Source: the human T2T-CHM13v2.0 reference genome, Homo sapiens. From it: a stretch of 64,000 nt of DNA. The notes under the pieces were generated by a model. That model saw only the letters and a program-made list of their open reading frames with translations, ran no database searches and was not told where the DNA came from. Every line of letters begins with the position of its first letter. The first letter of the stretch is position 1. This document shows, in pieces, positions 17,386 through 36,517 of the stretch. The stretch lies in assembly GCF_009914755.1 (NCBI RefSeq), contig NC_060939.1; one strand, given 5' to 3'. Made by a program: the position numbers and the translations under genes.

Positions 17386-17952
17386 CTGCTTATTTAAAAT
17401 AAAAGTTTAAAAATCAAGATTATATATTTTAAAATAATGTGGGCCATTCAGAAATATGGTAATTTAGGATAGGTACCTGTATGTATAAATCCAAATTAGA
17501 GCTGGTAGAATAGTAAGACCTAGTCAAATTCATTAGACCTCTTATCTTACTACAGGTATGGAAACTAAACACATACTTACTAAAATACCAATAAGTTACT
17601 TTTGTTCTCCCTTTCACAATCACCAAGATTAGGATTTCAAAAGTTAACTTAAGATAAAGAGTTAGCTGTACTCAGTAAGTGTGCTGATACTAAGTTTGAT
17701 TTTGAGTGGTTCTAAAGGGTTTCAGAAATTCAAAGCATTTACGGGCGCTCAATTCTACCAGCAAATACTATTTATTCAACAAATATTTAACAAGTGCCTA
17801 CCCTATGTAAGGCACTGAACTAGATATTAGTGACACAAAAATAAATTTTAGAAGAGGCAATAATTTAGTTGAAGAGTGAACCCCAGATTTACGTAATATA
17901 GTTTGTTACATCTATCTAATCTATATTTATATAGATCTATATAGATATGTTA

Positions 17953-18249
<297 letters not shown>

Positions 18250-19236
18250 TGTTACATCTACATTAGATATATACATATATAATTATTTATATATTTTATA
18301 TATGTAATTATTTCCTAATGAAATAACAGACAACATGGTAATCAAACAAGGAAAGAAAGAAGTATATGTGAAAGTATAAAAACCCTCAGAAAACACATCA
18401 GATGAGTCAGTAAAACTAGTTGTGAATAGTCACACATGCCTGTAATCCCAGCTACTTGGAAGGCTGAGGTAGGAGGATTGCTTGAGCTCAGGAGTTTGAG
18501 ACCAGCCTGGGCAACACGCATGACACCATCTCAAGAAAAAAAAAATTGTTGTGGAATACCAGATTAATAAATACTACTTTTTAAGCATAATCCTTGCATT
18601 TCAGTTCCTAAAATAGTCAAACAGTGGTAGACATACTCTAAATCTTCAAAACAATAAGTGAGTCATAAATCTCTTTACTGTAAGTTCTCACAGTCCCTTG
18701 CACTTTCAAAAACCTCCTCACATTTGCATTTACATTTTTAATGCCTATCTTCCTAGGGAATATTCTCTCAAGTACTTGGTGAAGTATATGAACTGTTAAT
18801 TGTCTTATTAACTGCAGATCCCCAGTGCGAAGTCAGTGCCAAAAACAAGTCATTATTTAGGTAAATACATAGTCATTGAATTATTGAATAATATATAAAT
18901 ATTGAATTGAATGAAACATTCCTTTTTCAGAAATAAAGTGCTCATTTGTTTTATAAAAAGTATTTATCAAGTATTTACCATGTACAAGAAAATCTGTTTT
19001 AGGCACTGTAAGCATTAGTTAATGAATATCTAAAGTTTAAAATAAAGTTTTGAAATGCTGTTACCAATATTTTTATTCTCTACATGGAAAGCTACACATG
19101 CATAGTTTAAAAATTTAAATTCACCACAAGTAAAGTTCTTTCTGAGAACCCATGCATTTAATTTTATTACTATAAAATTGCTTTCGATAAGCAATTTTAA
19201 GACATTCTACTGACATGCCAATGTCCTACTCATTAA

Positions 19237-19536
<300 letters not shown>

Positions 19537-20744
19537 TAAGATAAATTTTTAAACACATTCTTCTTTTACCTATAGTAAGTAACCTTTTGTAAAAAGCTCT
19601 CTTGCTACTCTTCCCCCTAGTCTCAAAACACAAACAGTTCATTCACTTTATGATTTAACAAATATTTTCCTATTACAAGTGGCAAGGCAGGGGGAATCTA
19701 TGCTTCCACATGTGTCAATAATGATTCTTCTAACTAACAGTGTTCTAATCTTCCCCGAAAGTGAATGGAACAATTAATGTATATAAAATAGTGGGAAAGT
19801 ACACTGAAAGAGGCACTAAAATATGTTTGTATTTGCTCTTATCCTTAATCAAATGTTCTTAGAAACCCAAAGTGGTCTCAGTGAATATCAAAATCATAGT
19901 TTAAAAAAAATGTGTATTAATTTCCTTCTCTGTTTCTCTGATGATAACTGTAGAAGAAAAACTAAGGATAAATTAAATCTCCCAGAACAGAAATGACTTT
20001 ATCTTAATTTGGGCTCCCTGGGAGGCAGATCTTGAGACAGACCAAGAGTCAAATACAAGTCACAGAGAAAGTGAGAAAGTAAAAGAGAAGACAGACTAAA
20101 CAGTCTGTGCTAACTACTATGAAAGTAGTTAAATGGAGTTTAATCCCAAGGTTATCTCTGGGAAACAATATAAAACCTACAGAGGTGAGGGAGCTACTGT
20201 ATTTATTTATATACCATCTCATCTCTCATCAGTCATTGTTTGAAGACTTCTGGAGAGGGAGCAGGCAGCTGTTAATTCCCAAGTCACTTCTAGAGGGCCC
20301 TACAAATGCCAAGGCCTTCCAGGGTTCTGGAAAAAGCCTTCAGGCCCCAGGATCCAAATACTGGTCAGCCAGAGTTCAAGGAAATGGTAAGGTTCGTTCC
20401 AAGGATAAGGCAGGGAACTAACCAACAACTGTTACAACCCCTTCCACTGAAAGAACATAGGCAATCCTTCTGTCAGCTCCATATAAGTTCTTGTTTGTAC
20501 TTGATAACATGCCACTACATTCCCCCCACAAACATACCCACCAAATGCTCTTTCATGCTATCAGACCTTGCTCTTTCTATAAGGTGACACACTTTCCCAT
20601 TTACAAATGCCTAGGATAAACCTAGCATGGAGTAGGCAATTAGTGTGGGTGTGAGGGAGAGAAAGAGAAGAGTCAAATTAGATATTTTCTTCTATCTTGT
20701 CTCTATTTCTTAAAATTGTACTTAAGAAATCATACTATCTTGTC

Positions 20745-21054
<310 letters not shown>

Positions 21055-21293
21055 TGATCCTTATAAAACCTCTGGTGGTAGTTATGATTGCCTTTCACAC
21101 AAGCAGCAAGCAGCATTGGCTCACAATTTAAGCCAATTGCTCCTATGGTGGTGAAGCTTGTTAATAGTGTAGCTGGGATTCCAACCAAGCCTATGTTATT
21201 TATCTCCTTTTTTCTTAAGTGATCTCCAGCATCTTTACTAACCTTCAAAGTCAATTGTTCCAGTTTATGTCCTGCACTCTACACTAGTAGTTA

Positions 21294-21619
<326 letters not shown>

Positions 21620-21755
21620 TGAAAGAAAGAAAAGAAAGAAAAGGAAAAGAAAAGAAAAGAAGAGAAGAGAGAGAGAGAGAAAGAAAGGAAAGAAAGAAAG
21701 AAAGAAAAGAAAGAAGGAAGGAAACAAAGAAAGAAAAGAAAAGAGAAGAAAAGAG
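21620..21755 (+). repeat. GA-rich low-complexity expansion of an Alu tail
   Basis: Almost pure purine GAAA/GAGA/GGAA tract. Confidence 0.95.
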
Positions 21756-21777
21756 GATGTTAAGTGCTTTTTTTAAA

Positions 21778-22137
<360 letters not shown>

Positions 22138-22552
22138 TAGACCGGCAGAGGGTAAGGAATAAAGCCAGAAAGACATGTTTAAGGGCGTGACCACAAACTT
22201 ACAAACTGACAGATGGGTTTTGGCAGTAGGAATCTTTATACTGCAAAAATACTTAAAACAGAGTAGATGAAAACGTTATGGTTTCAGGGTATCTTGCCCA
22301 AGTTGCATCATGATCTCTGAAAGCACTATAGGAGGTCTACCTCATAGGAAACGAGCTTCCACAGATTTATAGATGTTTGGATTCCTGTAAAGGTAGTAGT
22401 GACCAAAGTTGGAGCTTTGTCTCCACAGAATAATACAGGTCAAATCCCTTTGCAGCATGGTGGAACCAACAGTGTCCTGAGACTATCACTTATGGCAATG
22501 ACCATTAAAACCCTACCTAATAGTTGGACCCTAAAATTCATGGCTCAGATAA

Positions 22553-22912
<360 letters not shown>

Positions 22913-23935
22913 TCAGATCAGCTTTAAGGTACAATGGCAGACATCAGCCAACATATTACCAGTATTTAATTCATTCTCCATATTTTATAACTGAGGAAAC
23001 AAAGGCTGAGATGTTAATAATAATAAAAATAAAAAGACATTTAATAGATTATTACCACTTGAAGAGGGGAAATTAACATTTATTAAATATTCTTCTACAT
23101 GTCAGTCACCATGAGTTACTAAAACCTCAGAACACAAGGAGATACTTATATATACATTTACGGAAGAGAAAATAGATTCACAGGTTAAATAACTTGCCAA
23201 AGCTTAAAAAAAAAAATCTTATAAATAACAGGGCTGGCCAATCCAAAATCTATGTAGTTCCAAATCCTCTGCTCTCTCCCATGCAACACTGCTGTTTGTG
23301 CTTATTTAATAGGATAACCCTTAAATGGAACTAAATCACCACACAAGGGCAACAACAGGTACCTTGTAAAAAGCAATTTTCTAACTATAGGTCTCCTTGG
23401 GACCATTTATACAATTCCACGAAATACATAAGTAATGTAGTACAACAGAAGAGTCCTCAAACAATCCTCTCTACCTATGATGCTAGTCACATAAGTTCTA
23501 ATAACTCACAGGGAAACAAAGTTTAGTTTGTCCCCAAATATATTATGAGGAAGAGCTAACAGGAAAGAATAAAAGATCCTCAGACTGCTTGCTTTTATTA
23601 ATTAACATAAGAAAAACAATCAGAAATTAAATTTCAAACTATAATAGATTTTAAGACACAATAAACGGATAATGGTGATGAAAGTATGATTAAGGGAAGA
23701 GGAGATTATGGCTACAAAGTTCTTCTAAAGGGAAAGATGGGTAATGATGACTTCAATGGTGGCAACAACATTCACTATGCACTTACTAAGGATTATGTAC
23801 TCTATCAAGTTCTTTACATGCACAACTTTAAGACTCACAAAACTTAAAGACCATTATTAACCCCTAAAATAAATGAAACTGGAAAATAAGCCAGCCAATA
23901 TTTATGTTAGGTCATTCTGCTTCAGAGCCCAAATC

Positions 23936-24236
23936 TTTTTTTTTTTTTTTTTTTTTTTTTTTGAAATAGAGTCTTGCTGTGTCACCCACGCTGGAGTGTA
24001 ATGGTGTGATCTTGTCTCGCTGTAGCCTCAACCTCCTGGGCTCAAGCAATCTGCCTGCCTCAGCCTCCTGAGTAGCTGGAACTACAGGCGTGTATCACTA
24101 TACCTGGCTTAAATTTTTGTAGAGATAGGGTATTGCCTTGTTGCTCAAGCTAGTCTCAAACTCCCAGTCTCAAGCAATTCTCCCACCTCAGCTTCCAGAA
24201 GTGTTGAATTACAGGCGTGAGCCACTACTCTCGGCC
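23936..24236 (-). mobile_element. AluJ-like
   Basis: Reverse Alu; CCCAAAT flanks. Confidence 0.85.
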
Positions 24237-24777
24237 CCCAAATTCTTAAGTATTACTTAGACTATCTCTGAAAAGTAGCAGATCAGTTCACAACTTCACT
24301 GTAAGCTCAGAACAGATGATCAAGTCTTCTATTTGCAGTATGTGTTTGCAGTCCCCTACCTGCTTTCCAAGGAGGCATGGTCACTTGGTGTAGTACGTGA
24401 AAAAGGAAAAGGGGGAGCTTCTTAAGAATGGCAAAAACAACTTAAATTTTTTGTTAAAATGTATCAGAATCTATAAATTTATATGTCAAGTGTTTTTTTC
24501 CCCAAAATGTTAAATCTAAACTCCAAAATTACTTGGTTATGTAATAGTAATACAATTAAAATTTCTCTAAAAAAAATTATTATTCATGTATACTGATCAT
24601 TCTCACCTGTGAAATAAGCTAGTCATGCAATTAGTAAAGTTTATAAACATGCTGTGAGAATCACAGTTGTGGTTCTTTAAAGCAAGGACTAAGAAATGTT
24701 TTCAGAAAGAATATTTAATAAATTAATTCATTAATTAATAGACATAGGAAGATTAGTATGTGTTTTCAGCCTTTTTA

Positions 24778-25053
<276 letters not shown>

Positions 25054-25109
25054 TCACTTTATATTACATCATACATCCCCTTAAATCACTCAATTTACAA
25101 CATAAAATA

Positions 25110-25395
25110 GGCTGGGCATAGTGGCTCATATCTGTAATCCCAGCACTTTGGGAGGCCAAGGTGGGCAGATCACTTGAGGCCATGAGTTCAAGACCAGCCT
25201 GGACAATATGGCAAAACCCCATCTCTACTAAAAATAGAAAAATCAACCGGGCATGGTGGCGCACGCCTGTAATCCCAGCTACTTGGGAGGCTGAGGCATG
25301 AGAATCGCTAGAACCCAGGAGATGGAGGTTGCAGGGAGCCAAGATCATGTCACTGTACTCCAGTAAAAGAGCGAGACTCTGTCACAAAAAATAAA
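25110..25395 (+). mobile_element. Alu
   Basis: Dimeric Alu. Confidence 0.88.
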
Positions 25396-25962
25396 TATTT
25401 AAAAAAAACCTTATTTATAGGAATTTCAATACTTATTTTTGGATAATTTTATTAAGGCTACAGACTCTGGCTACTGGGAAAAAAAATCAAAGAAAAATAT
25501 ACATGCATTCATTATGTGTAAAGACTGTTGATATATAAAACATAAAGAATGCAATTTTTTGAAATAAACAATAATTACTACTCATAGTATGTAGGTAATG
25601 AAACTACTAAAAAATAATTTTAAAAAATAAAAGGGGAAAAAAACCATAGTTCATACAAATCCACAGCAATGATGAAGAATCAGGAATATAATCAATTTAA
25701 TGTTTGTCGAAATAAATATTGAATGTGGACTAAGTCTTAATGACCAGAAAATAGCCCAAAAAAAGTAAATTAACTGGTTTTAAATCAACAAACTATACAG
25801 ATATAAATCAATCATTCAAAAGAAATGAAACATTGATTTATCTTCCTTCCTAGGATTCTTTGTATTTCAGCTGATTTGCATTCTAAATCTTCAGATGGAT
25901 GCAAATGCGCAATGTGAGGACCCTTTGACAGAAACACAGAATATTTAGGTACTTGTACTGAC

Positions 25963-26019
25963 CGGCTCAGAGTCATAGCAATAATCATCCCAGCTCTGTC
26001 TGAGGGGTTTCTTTGTTAT
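25963..26019 (-). CDS. MYO9A: MYO9A exon 6, 57-nt frame-preserving exon (ITKKPLRQSWDDYCYDSEP), probable cassette exon
   Basis: ttactttcag|ATA...CCG|gtcagt; phase 0-0; no stop. Confidence 0.88.
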
Positions 26020-26670
26020 CTGAAAGTAAGGCAGATTAGTTAGGTAGAAGTAATGGTTATTATACTCTTCTAATGATCTCTTAGATGTGGTGTGCAAGTA
26101 GTACTGCTGCTCTCCATTGAAAAGTTATTTTGCATAGCAGCATAAAACAAGAAATAATGAAGCAAATATTCACATGCTGGGAGACTGTATACTGTACTAC
26201 CGAACGCATATATACCATGGGCTCCAGTGACTGTTATTTATATAAACTGAGTCCCATATCCTATGAATATTGACATTATGACAGGAATATATTATGGTCA
26301 TTAATTACAAAAAGATCTGAAAGAACAGCAAAATTCCAGACTTCTCTAATACTAACAACTATCAGCTCATTTATGAGAGAATATTACTTTATAAAAAAGA
26401 AAATCTTTAATCACCCAAATATAATGCAAATAGTTTAAACTGGGGAGGAAAAAACTCAGAAGCTGAATTAGCAAATATTTTTGAAAAGCTATTTAATTCT
26501 ATGTGTAAAAATTAATAATATTATATCAGAAATGGATACTTTAAATAACTTGGAATTCTCAATATATTAATACAAAGTCATTAGTTTATATTAATATAGG
26601 TAGTTTCAAAATTAAGAAATAACAGTTAATACAACACACTGTATTAACTTGGAGAAAGCCAAAGGTATAA

Positions 26671-26974
<304 letters not shown>

Positions 26975-27841
26975 CAAAGATGTAACTTTCATAACCCTAA
27001 ATATATACTGCTATCTGAACCATCATCAAAGTGTCAATTTGTTTACAAAAGCTTCGTAAGGATTTTTTTAATGGTCATAAAGGGATTTATTTCCGTAGAC
27101 ATTACATCTTGCCTCCAACAATGGAAAAATAAGGGGAGACATCTATTATTTAAATGACCTATTGTTTTACTAATTCCATTAGTGCTGGTTGTAAAATTTC
27201 TGTTATTATGAGAAATAATAAAATTAGTAAAGTCAATGTAATGAAAAGTAAGAATTACTCCTCAATGTGGAAGTTTAGGGATGAATTTTGAGTTTTGAGG
27301 AAAGATCCAAATTCTCTAAGTCATTTGCCTTTGATGACCTTCATACTGAATATTTAAGAAGATTGTTCATTAAATTATAAAAATAGTCATACTCTAAGTC
27401 AGTGTCATAGTATCATGCAAAGACGTATGTGTATGAGACTTCAAAACATGCAAATTAGGTTTCAAGTAATCCCTTGCAAAGGACAAGAATTAATCATTAG
27501 TAACATTTAATATCCTGGGGGTTGTAAAAGGTAAATCACTTTAGTAAAAGTAAAGCATTTTTCTAATACAGTAGAAATATCAATAAACAGCTTATTATTA
27601 TTTTCCCAAAGAATCTCACAGAAAACGAAAAGCACATATATTATCTGAGCTTTTAACATTTATATGAGGATGGTAATCATCCTCAAATTTGAGAACTGCA
27701 TCACCTAAATTTGTAGAGTACATATATGAAAATGCTAGCTAATCCATTCCTAGGTTTGAGAAAGTACTAGAAAAAAGACATTTTTCAAGCATTAAATTTA
27801 ATACTGCCCTATACTTCAAAATGCTTTTTATGAACTCTCAC

Positions 27842-27941
27842 CTGATTGAGATAATGATATTCCTCTGGTTGCTTAAGATGGAATGCTGATCTCTCATCTT
27901 CACTTGCTCCTGCCAGGAGGTAATAGAATACATGATAGTTC
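27842..27941 (-). CDS. MYO9A: MYO9A exon 5 ([33 protein letters not shown])
   Basis: ttcccacag|GAAC...TCAG|gtgaga; 100 nt; ERNYHVFY motif completed across the junction. Confidence 0.96.
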
Positions 27942-29163
27942 CTGTGGGAAACAAAGAAGTACAAGTTTCATAATGTGTGACTTATGGTTATCATTTAACA
28001 GGGGGAGGGGGGAAGCAAACAGTAATTAGTAAAATGTATCAGCTTTGCTTCATTTTTTAATATAAATGTGATAAATTCAGCGTTTAAGTACTCCTAAAAA
28101 TTGAATGATGTTTTGGATGTGGAATACAAAAGAGAGGGATGAAGGCAGCAAAGTTAACAAAGTTAGGACCTCTGAAAATTCTCTTCTCCATAAAACCAAT
28201 GAGAAATCTGGCAAATCTGTCATAATTAACCTTTTCAGAACTGTGGAAACTAATCGAAAGCTTGCAACAACCCAGAGAGTGTTTACTCAATAAAAAGAGC
28301 TAAATCTCAATAAAAATGGCTTTGTAGTGTTTTAAACTTGCCCTATTCCATCCCCTTGAAAACCAACAGCCTGCAAACTTGGAGATGAGAAGCCTGACAG
28401 CTACCAGAAAGGTCAGAACAGAGTTTGAGCTTGTTCAAAGCCTCATTCCCTAAGAAATATCATTATTTGAACTGTCTGGTGGTTCTCTGTGAACAGCCAT
28501 ATTCAAGGCTGACTCTACAAGATTCAATTCGGACTTCATATCATGCAAAGATCTTTTCCCCAGAGGCATCCATAGAAACTGAGGCAATCGCTGAACAGCC
28601 TACTTCCTAAAGCAGTGGATCAAAGTTGGGGCAAACAATAGGCTAACCAAGAAACTTAAAAGGAAAAGCTGGCTTTGAAAACCTCCAGTAAATGTCCTGG
28701 GAATCTAGAAGGTCATATGCATGCATAATGCTGTGGACATGCCCAGGGTTGTGTGTGCTCTCAGAAAAATAACAGATGAAATATAAACTCTCACCTCTGG
28801 TTAACTTTGAAACCCTGCACAAGCAGAAAATAAAGGCTAAGGTAGATTTGTGAAATACCTAGCTGAGTGTTGAAGGCATGGAACAATATACATAGAGAGC
28901 CCTGTGGCAAAGAGTGAGAGACTTACTTATTGTTTCCAAGCATTTAAATAAATATCTGTCCAGTTATTACCTGACATCTAAGTTAAATAAGCAGACACTT
29001 CAATAGCCACACTCAAAAAAGAATATCAACTTTATAAAATTAGTTCAGAAAAGTCACAATTAACAATCAGACAGTAGGAATAAAAGCAACAATCAAACCC
29101 TGGGAAGGAGAGGACTCATTTCTAGAGTTGCCACATTATATTATTTTAAAAATCAAATTTTTT

Positions 29164-29773
<610 letters not shown>

Positions 29774-30153
29774 AAAAAAAATCCAGTTTTCAACAACAAC
29801 AACAAAAAATTATAAGGCATGCAAAGAAAGAAGACAGTATAGCCGATACAAAGTAGAAAAAGTATTAATTAATAACTGTCCCTGAAAAAACCCAGACATT
29901 AGACTTACAAGATTTTAATCAGCTATTTTAAACGTGTTCAATGAACTACAGAAAGTCACATTTAATGAACTAAAGAAAACTATGAGAACACTATCTCACC
30001 AAATAGAGACTAATATACAGGACTTTAAAGAAATTAATCCAAAAAGAATTCTGGAGTTGAAAAATATAACTGCAATGAAAAAGTATCCAGAGGAGCTCAA
30101 CAGCAAATATGAGTAGGCAGAAGAAAGAACCAGTGAACTTGAAGAAAAAATCA

Positions 30154-30650
<497 letters not shown>

Positions 30651-31209
30651 GGCTCCTATACTGGGGGTTCTAAAAGGAGAAAAAAGAAAGGGACATAAAG
30701 AATACTTGAAAAAACAATTGCCAAAATCTCTCTCCAAATTTGATGGAAAACATTAATCTGCACATCCAAGAAATTCAATGAACTCTAGAGAGTATAAACT
30801 CAAATCCACATTTTGACAAACCAAAATTCTTGAAAGGCAAAGACAAAGAATTTTGAAAGCACCAAGAGAGAAATTCCTCATCAAGGAATCCTAACATAAG
30901 ATTAACAGCTGATTTCTCATCACGAACCATGGCAGACAGATAACGTATTCAAAACGTTGAAAGGAAAAAAAAATTGTCAATCAAGAAGTATATATCCAGG
31001 AAAAATAAAGGAGAAATTAGAATACTGCCAGATAAACAAAGTTGGACTTCACAGCTATAGATGGTCCTTACAAGAAATACTAAAGGGAGTTCATTTTTCT
31101 GACTGAAATAAAAGGATACTAGACAAGATTCAATTAAACATGAAGAAATAAAGAACACTGGTAAAAGTAACTACATAGGTAAATATAAAAGATAGTATAA
31201 ATTAATTAA

Positions 31210-31496
31210 CTCATTGATTGATTGATTGACAGGATCTCACTCTGTTGCCCAGGCTGGAGTGCAGTGGCATGATCTCGACTCACTGCAACCTCTATCTCGT
31301 TTCAAGTGATCCTCTCACCTCAGCCTCCTAAGTAGCTGGGACTACAGGCGTGCATCACCACACCTGGCTAATTTTTGTAGAGATAAGGTTTTGCCATGTT
31401 GTCTAGGCTGGTCTCGAACTCCTGGCCTCAAGTGATCTGCCCACCTTGGCTTCCCCAAAGTGCTGGGATTACAGGCAGGAGCCACTGCACCTGGCC
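31210..31496 (-). mobile_element. AluJ-like
   Basis: Reverse Alu. Confidence 0.85.
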
Positions 31497-32228
31497 TATT
31501 TTTTATGTATAACACTTTTTTCCTATTAAACTTGAGAAATTACATAAAGCAGTAATTATAAATGTGTTGATGGATGTACCACCATAAAGAAGTAATTTGC
31601 ATAACAATTACAGGACAAAGGAGCAAGAAAGGAATAGAACTACATACAAAGTTTGTTGTATACTATCAAAATTAAGTTGTCATTATTCCAAACTACATTG
31701 TTATCAGATTTTAACTACAATGCCCAAGGTAACCAATAAGAATATAAAAAATAATAAAAAGAAATGCCAATGAAATTAAAATGGTACACTAGAAAACATT
31801 TATTTAATGCAAAAGAAGGCAGGAATAGAAGAACAGAAGAACAAAAAAAAATCGTAACACATATGGAGAACAAACAGCAAAATGGTATTAATAATCCTAC
31901 CTTATCAATAATTACATTAAGTAGATCAAATGCTCTAATCTAAAGGTAGATAAATGGCAGAATGGATAAAAGGAAAATGTATGGTCCAACTGCATACTGT
32001 TTACAAGAGACAAGCTTTAGACTCAAAGACACAAATAGGTTAAAAATAAAAAGATGGAAAAAAAAGTTACCATGCAAGCAATATCCAAAAGCAAGCTAGA
32101 GAATACCAGATAAAACAATAATTACTAATTATTACTAATATCAGGTAAAATAAAGACCAAACTTGTTCCTAGGGACAAAGAAGGCCATCTTATAATGACA
32201 AAAGGGCCAATCCATCAAGAAGACATAA

Positions 32229-32573
<345 letters not shown>

Positions 32574-32921
32574 ACAAAAAGAACTTGACAGAACTAAGAG
32601 AAGAAGCACACAATTCAACAATAATACTGAGAGACTGCAATACTCCACTTTCAATAATGAAGAAAGCAACTAGACAGAAGATGAACAAGAAAAAGAGGAC
32701 TTCAAAATTACTATATACCAATTAGACCTAACATATGTTTATAGAACACTCCAGTCAACATAAGGAGGATATATTCATATATTTTTTCAAGTCCACATGG
32801 AGTATCCTCCAGGGTAGACCATGTGTAGTCTACTACAAAACAAGTCTCAATAATTTAAGGAGATTGAAATCATACAACTACTCCAAACACTTTGCAGTGA
32901 AATAAGAAATCACATTTCCAC

Positions 32922-33384
<463 letters not shown>

Positions 33385-34653
33385 TTAGAGGGGCTTTATA
33401 CCTGTAAACCCATATAAAAAAGATCTCAAATCTATAACCTAACCATCCACCTTAAGAAACTAGAAAAAAAAGCAAACTAAACCCAAAGCAAGCAGAAGGA
33501 AGGAAATAATAAGCATCAGAGCAGAAATAAATGAAATAGGAAATAGGAAAAAAAATAGAGAACATCAATGAAACTAAAGATCGGTTCTTTGAAAAGATCT
33601 TCAAAATTAAACTTTTATCTAAACTGATGAGACAGACAGAGAAAGAAGCAGAGAGAATCAAATTCAGGAGTGAATGAAAGCGGAACATTACTACCAATCT
33701 TACATAAACAAAAAAGATTGTAAGGGATACTATAAAACAAGTTTTGGCAACAAATTAGATAACCTAGATGAAATGGACAAATTCCTAGAAAGATAAAAAC
33801 TACCAAATCTGACCACAGATGAAACAAAAAGTCTGAACAGATCTATAATAACTAAAGTGTTTCAATTAATAATCAAAATTTCACACAAATAAAAGTCAGA
33901 ACCAGATGGCTTTGCTGGTGAATTCTACCAAATGTTTAAAGAATTAACCCAATCCTTCACAAACTCTTCTAGAGAATTGGTTTGTAAAAACTGGATTTCA
34001 CCTCTCATTCATTCTCCAAAACCAAGGAAATAAGAGTTATATACCCTTATTTCATTATCATTAAAATGTGTTAGAAAAAGTTACTAATAGTTTTCTATCT
34101 GTAAAATGGGAATAAATAACCAAGAAGCAGAAAAGTTAAATGAGATGCCCAAGGCATACCCAATATTTGAATGGAAGTCAAACCCTCTCTTAACCAAATC
34201 TCACTGTAGCATGAAACAAATCATGAATTTACTTCTTTATCTTATTTCTCCATCTGAAGGATACCACATATATCATCTCTAAAGACCTGTATACCTCAAG
34301 TAATACAATGGAATTAAGAGCTTTATTGAAAATTTTTTTTCTCAAGTTAGAAAAAGAACACTAAGGAAATGGGAGCAAAGTCCCAAGGCACATTGCTCAC
34401 CAAGAGGAATGAGGAACAACTGAGAAACTGCTTACTTGTTCTGACAGTTTGCAATAGTTCTATATACCAAATAAAGATCTCCTAGCAGCCTCTGAAAAAC
34501 TGCAAAGTTCTGCCCATGACAGAAATAGCAATTATGCATAAAGCTATGCATGACGTAAACTGAATTAAGGGTCATAATACACAAAGACCTTAAAAGTCAG
34601 TCTGCGTGATACAAATGTTAACTTCATCTAATTACACAAATAAAAATACGTAC

Positions 34654-34716
34654 CGTTCATTATGCTCCTGATAAACGAGTCTGGACTTCTCCAGTAGATA
34701 TTTTTCAACATAGGCA
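34654..34716 (-). CDS. MYO9A: MYO9A exon 4 (AYVEKYLLEKSRLVYQEHNER)
   Basis: tttcttgtag|TGCC...AACG|gtacgt; 63 nt; YLLEKSR myosin motif. Confidence 0.96.
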
Positions 34717-34819
34717 CTACAAGAAAAATTAAATTGGTTGATATAAATAATAAAGTTTAATATAAGGCAGAAAAATATTTGGAGACAGTGTAAAAGTATA
34801 AAGAATACTATCCAGATCA

Positions 34820-35208
<389 letters not shown>

Positions 35209-35232
35209 TTAGTGTTATCCATGTTAAATTCA

Positions 35233-35585
<353 letters not shown>

Positions 35586-36181
35586 GAAGTTTAAAACACA
35601 GTACACAAGATCCCCGAAGAAAGACTCTACATTATTTCTAGGCTACTATACCACTACACATTCTTCCAGACATACTTTGGACAGATTACTACATAAGGCT
35701 CAAAGATATACATAGTTTCTTTTTATATATTTACGCTATTGTCACAGCCTAAAATCAATTTATTATATAATGATTTACTCTATAGTTATTTATTGGGCAC
35801 TATATCAAGCACAAGGAATATGGAAATAAGTGATCTACTGCCTGTTCTCAAATGACTTACAAATTAGTAGAGAAAGGAGATAATCTAGCAGCTATCATAC
35901 TGAGTTGATAGGGCTTATTGTAGAGCAATGACCAGGATATTATGCGTACACAAAGAGAGACACCTGAGATTCAATCCAAGAAGGAAAAAGGATGTAAAGA
36001 AGAATTCCCATGGATAAGTGAGTACACAGCACAGAGTAAACTTTCATTACATATATCTGGTGAAAGAGTGACTGGGTAAATGAATTCAAAATCTGAAGGA
36101 TTAACCAGAAGGAAAGGAGAACTGCCTTTATGTAAAGTTATAAAGGAAGGAGGGTACACATACCAACTTCAGGGAAAACAA

Positions 36182-36517
36182 TTAGTTACGTATCACTTAA
36201 CTACAGAGGTACATTCTGAGAAATGCATCATTAGACAATTTTGTTGTTTGTCAGCATCACAGAGTGCACTTATACAACCCTGATAGTATAGCCTACTACA
36301 CACTTAGGCCTTATCTTATAGCCTATTGCTCCTAGGTTACATAGCTATACAGCATGTTACTGCACTGAATACTATAGGCAACTGTAACACAATGGTAAGT
36401 ATTTGTGCATTTAAACATAGAAAAAGTACAGTAAAAATAGGGTATTAAAATCTCATAGGACTACCATAGTATATGAGGTCCATCATCTACTGAAACATCA
36501 CTGTGTGGTGTATGACC
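36182..36517 (+). mobile_element. Tigger3a-like DNA transposon (MITE)
   Basis: CATTCTGAGAAATGCATCATTAG...TATAGCCTACTACACAC...ACAATGGTAAGTATTTGTG. Confidence 0.8.
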
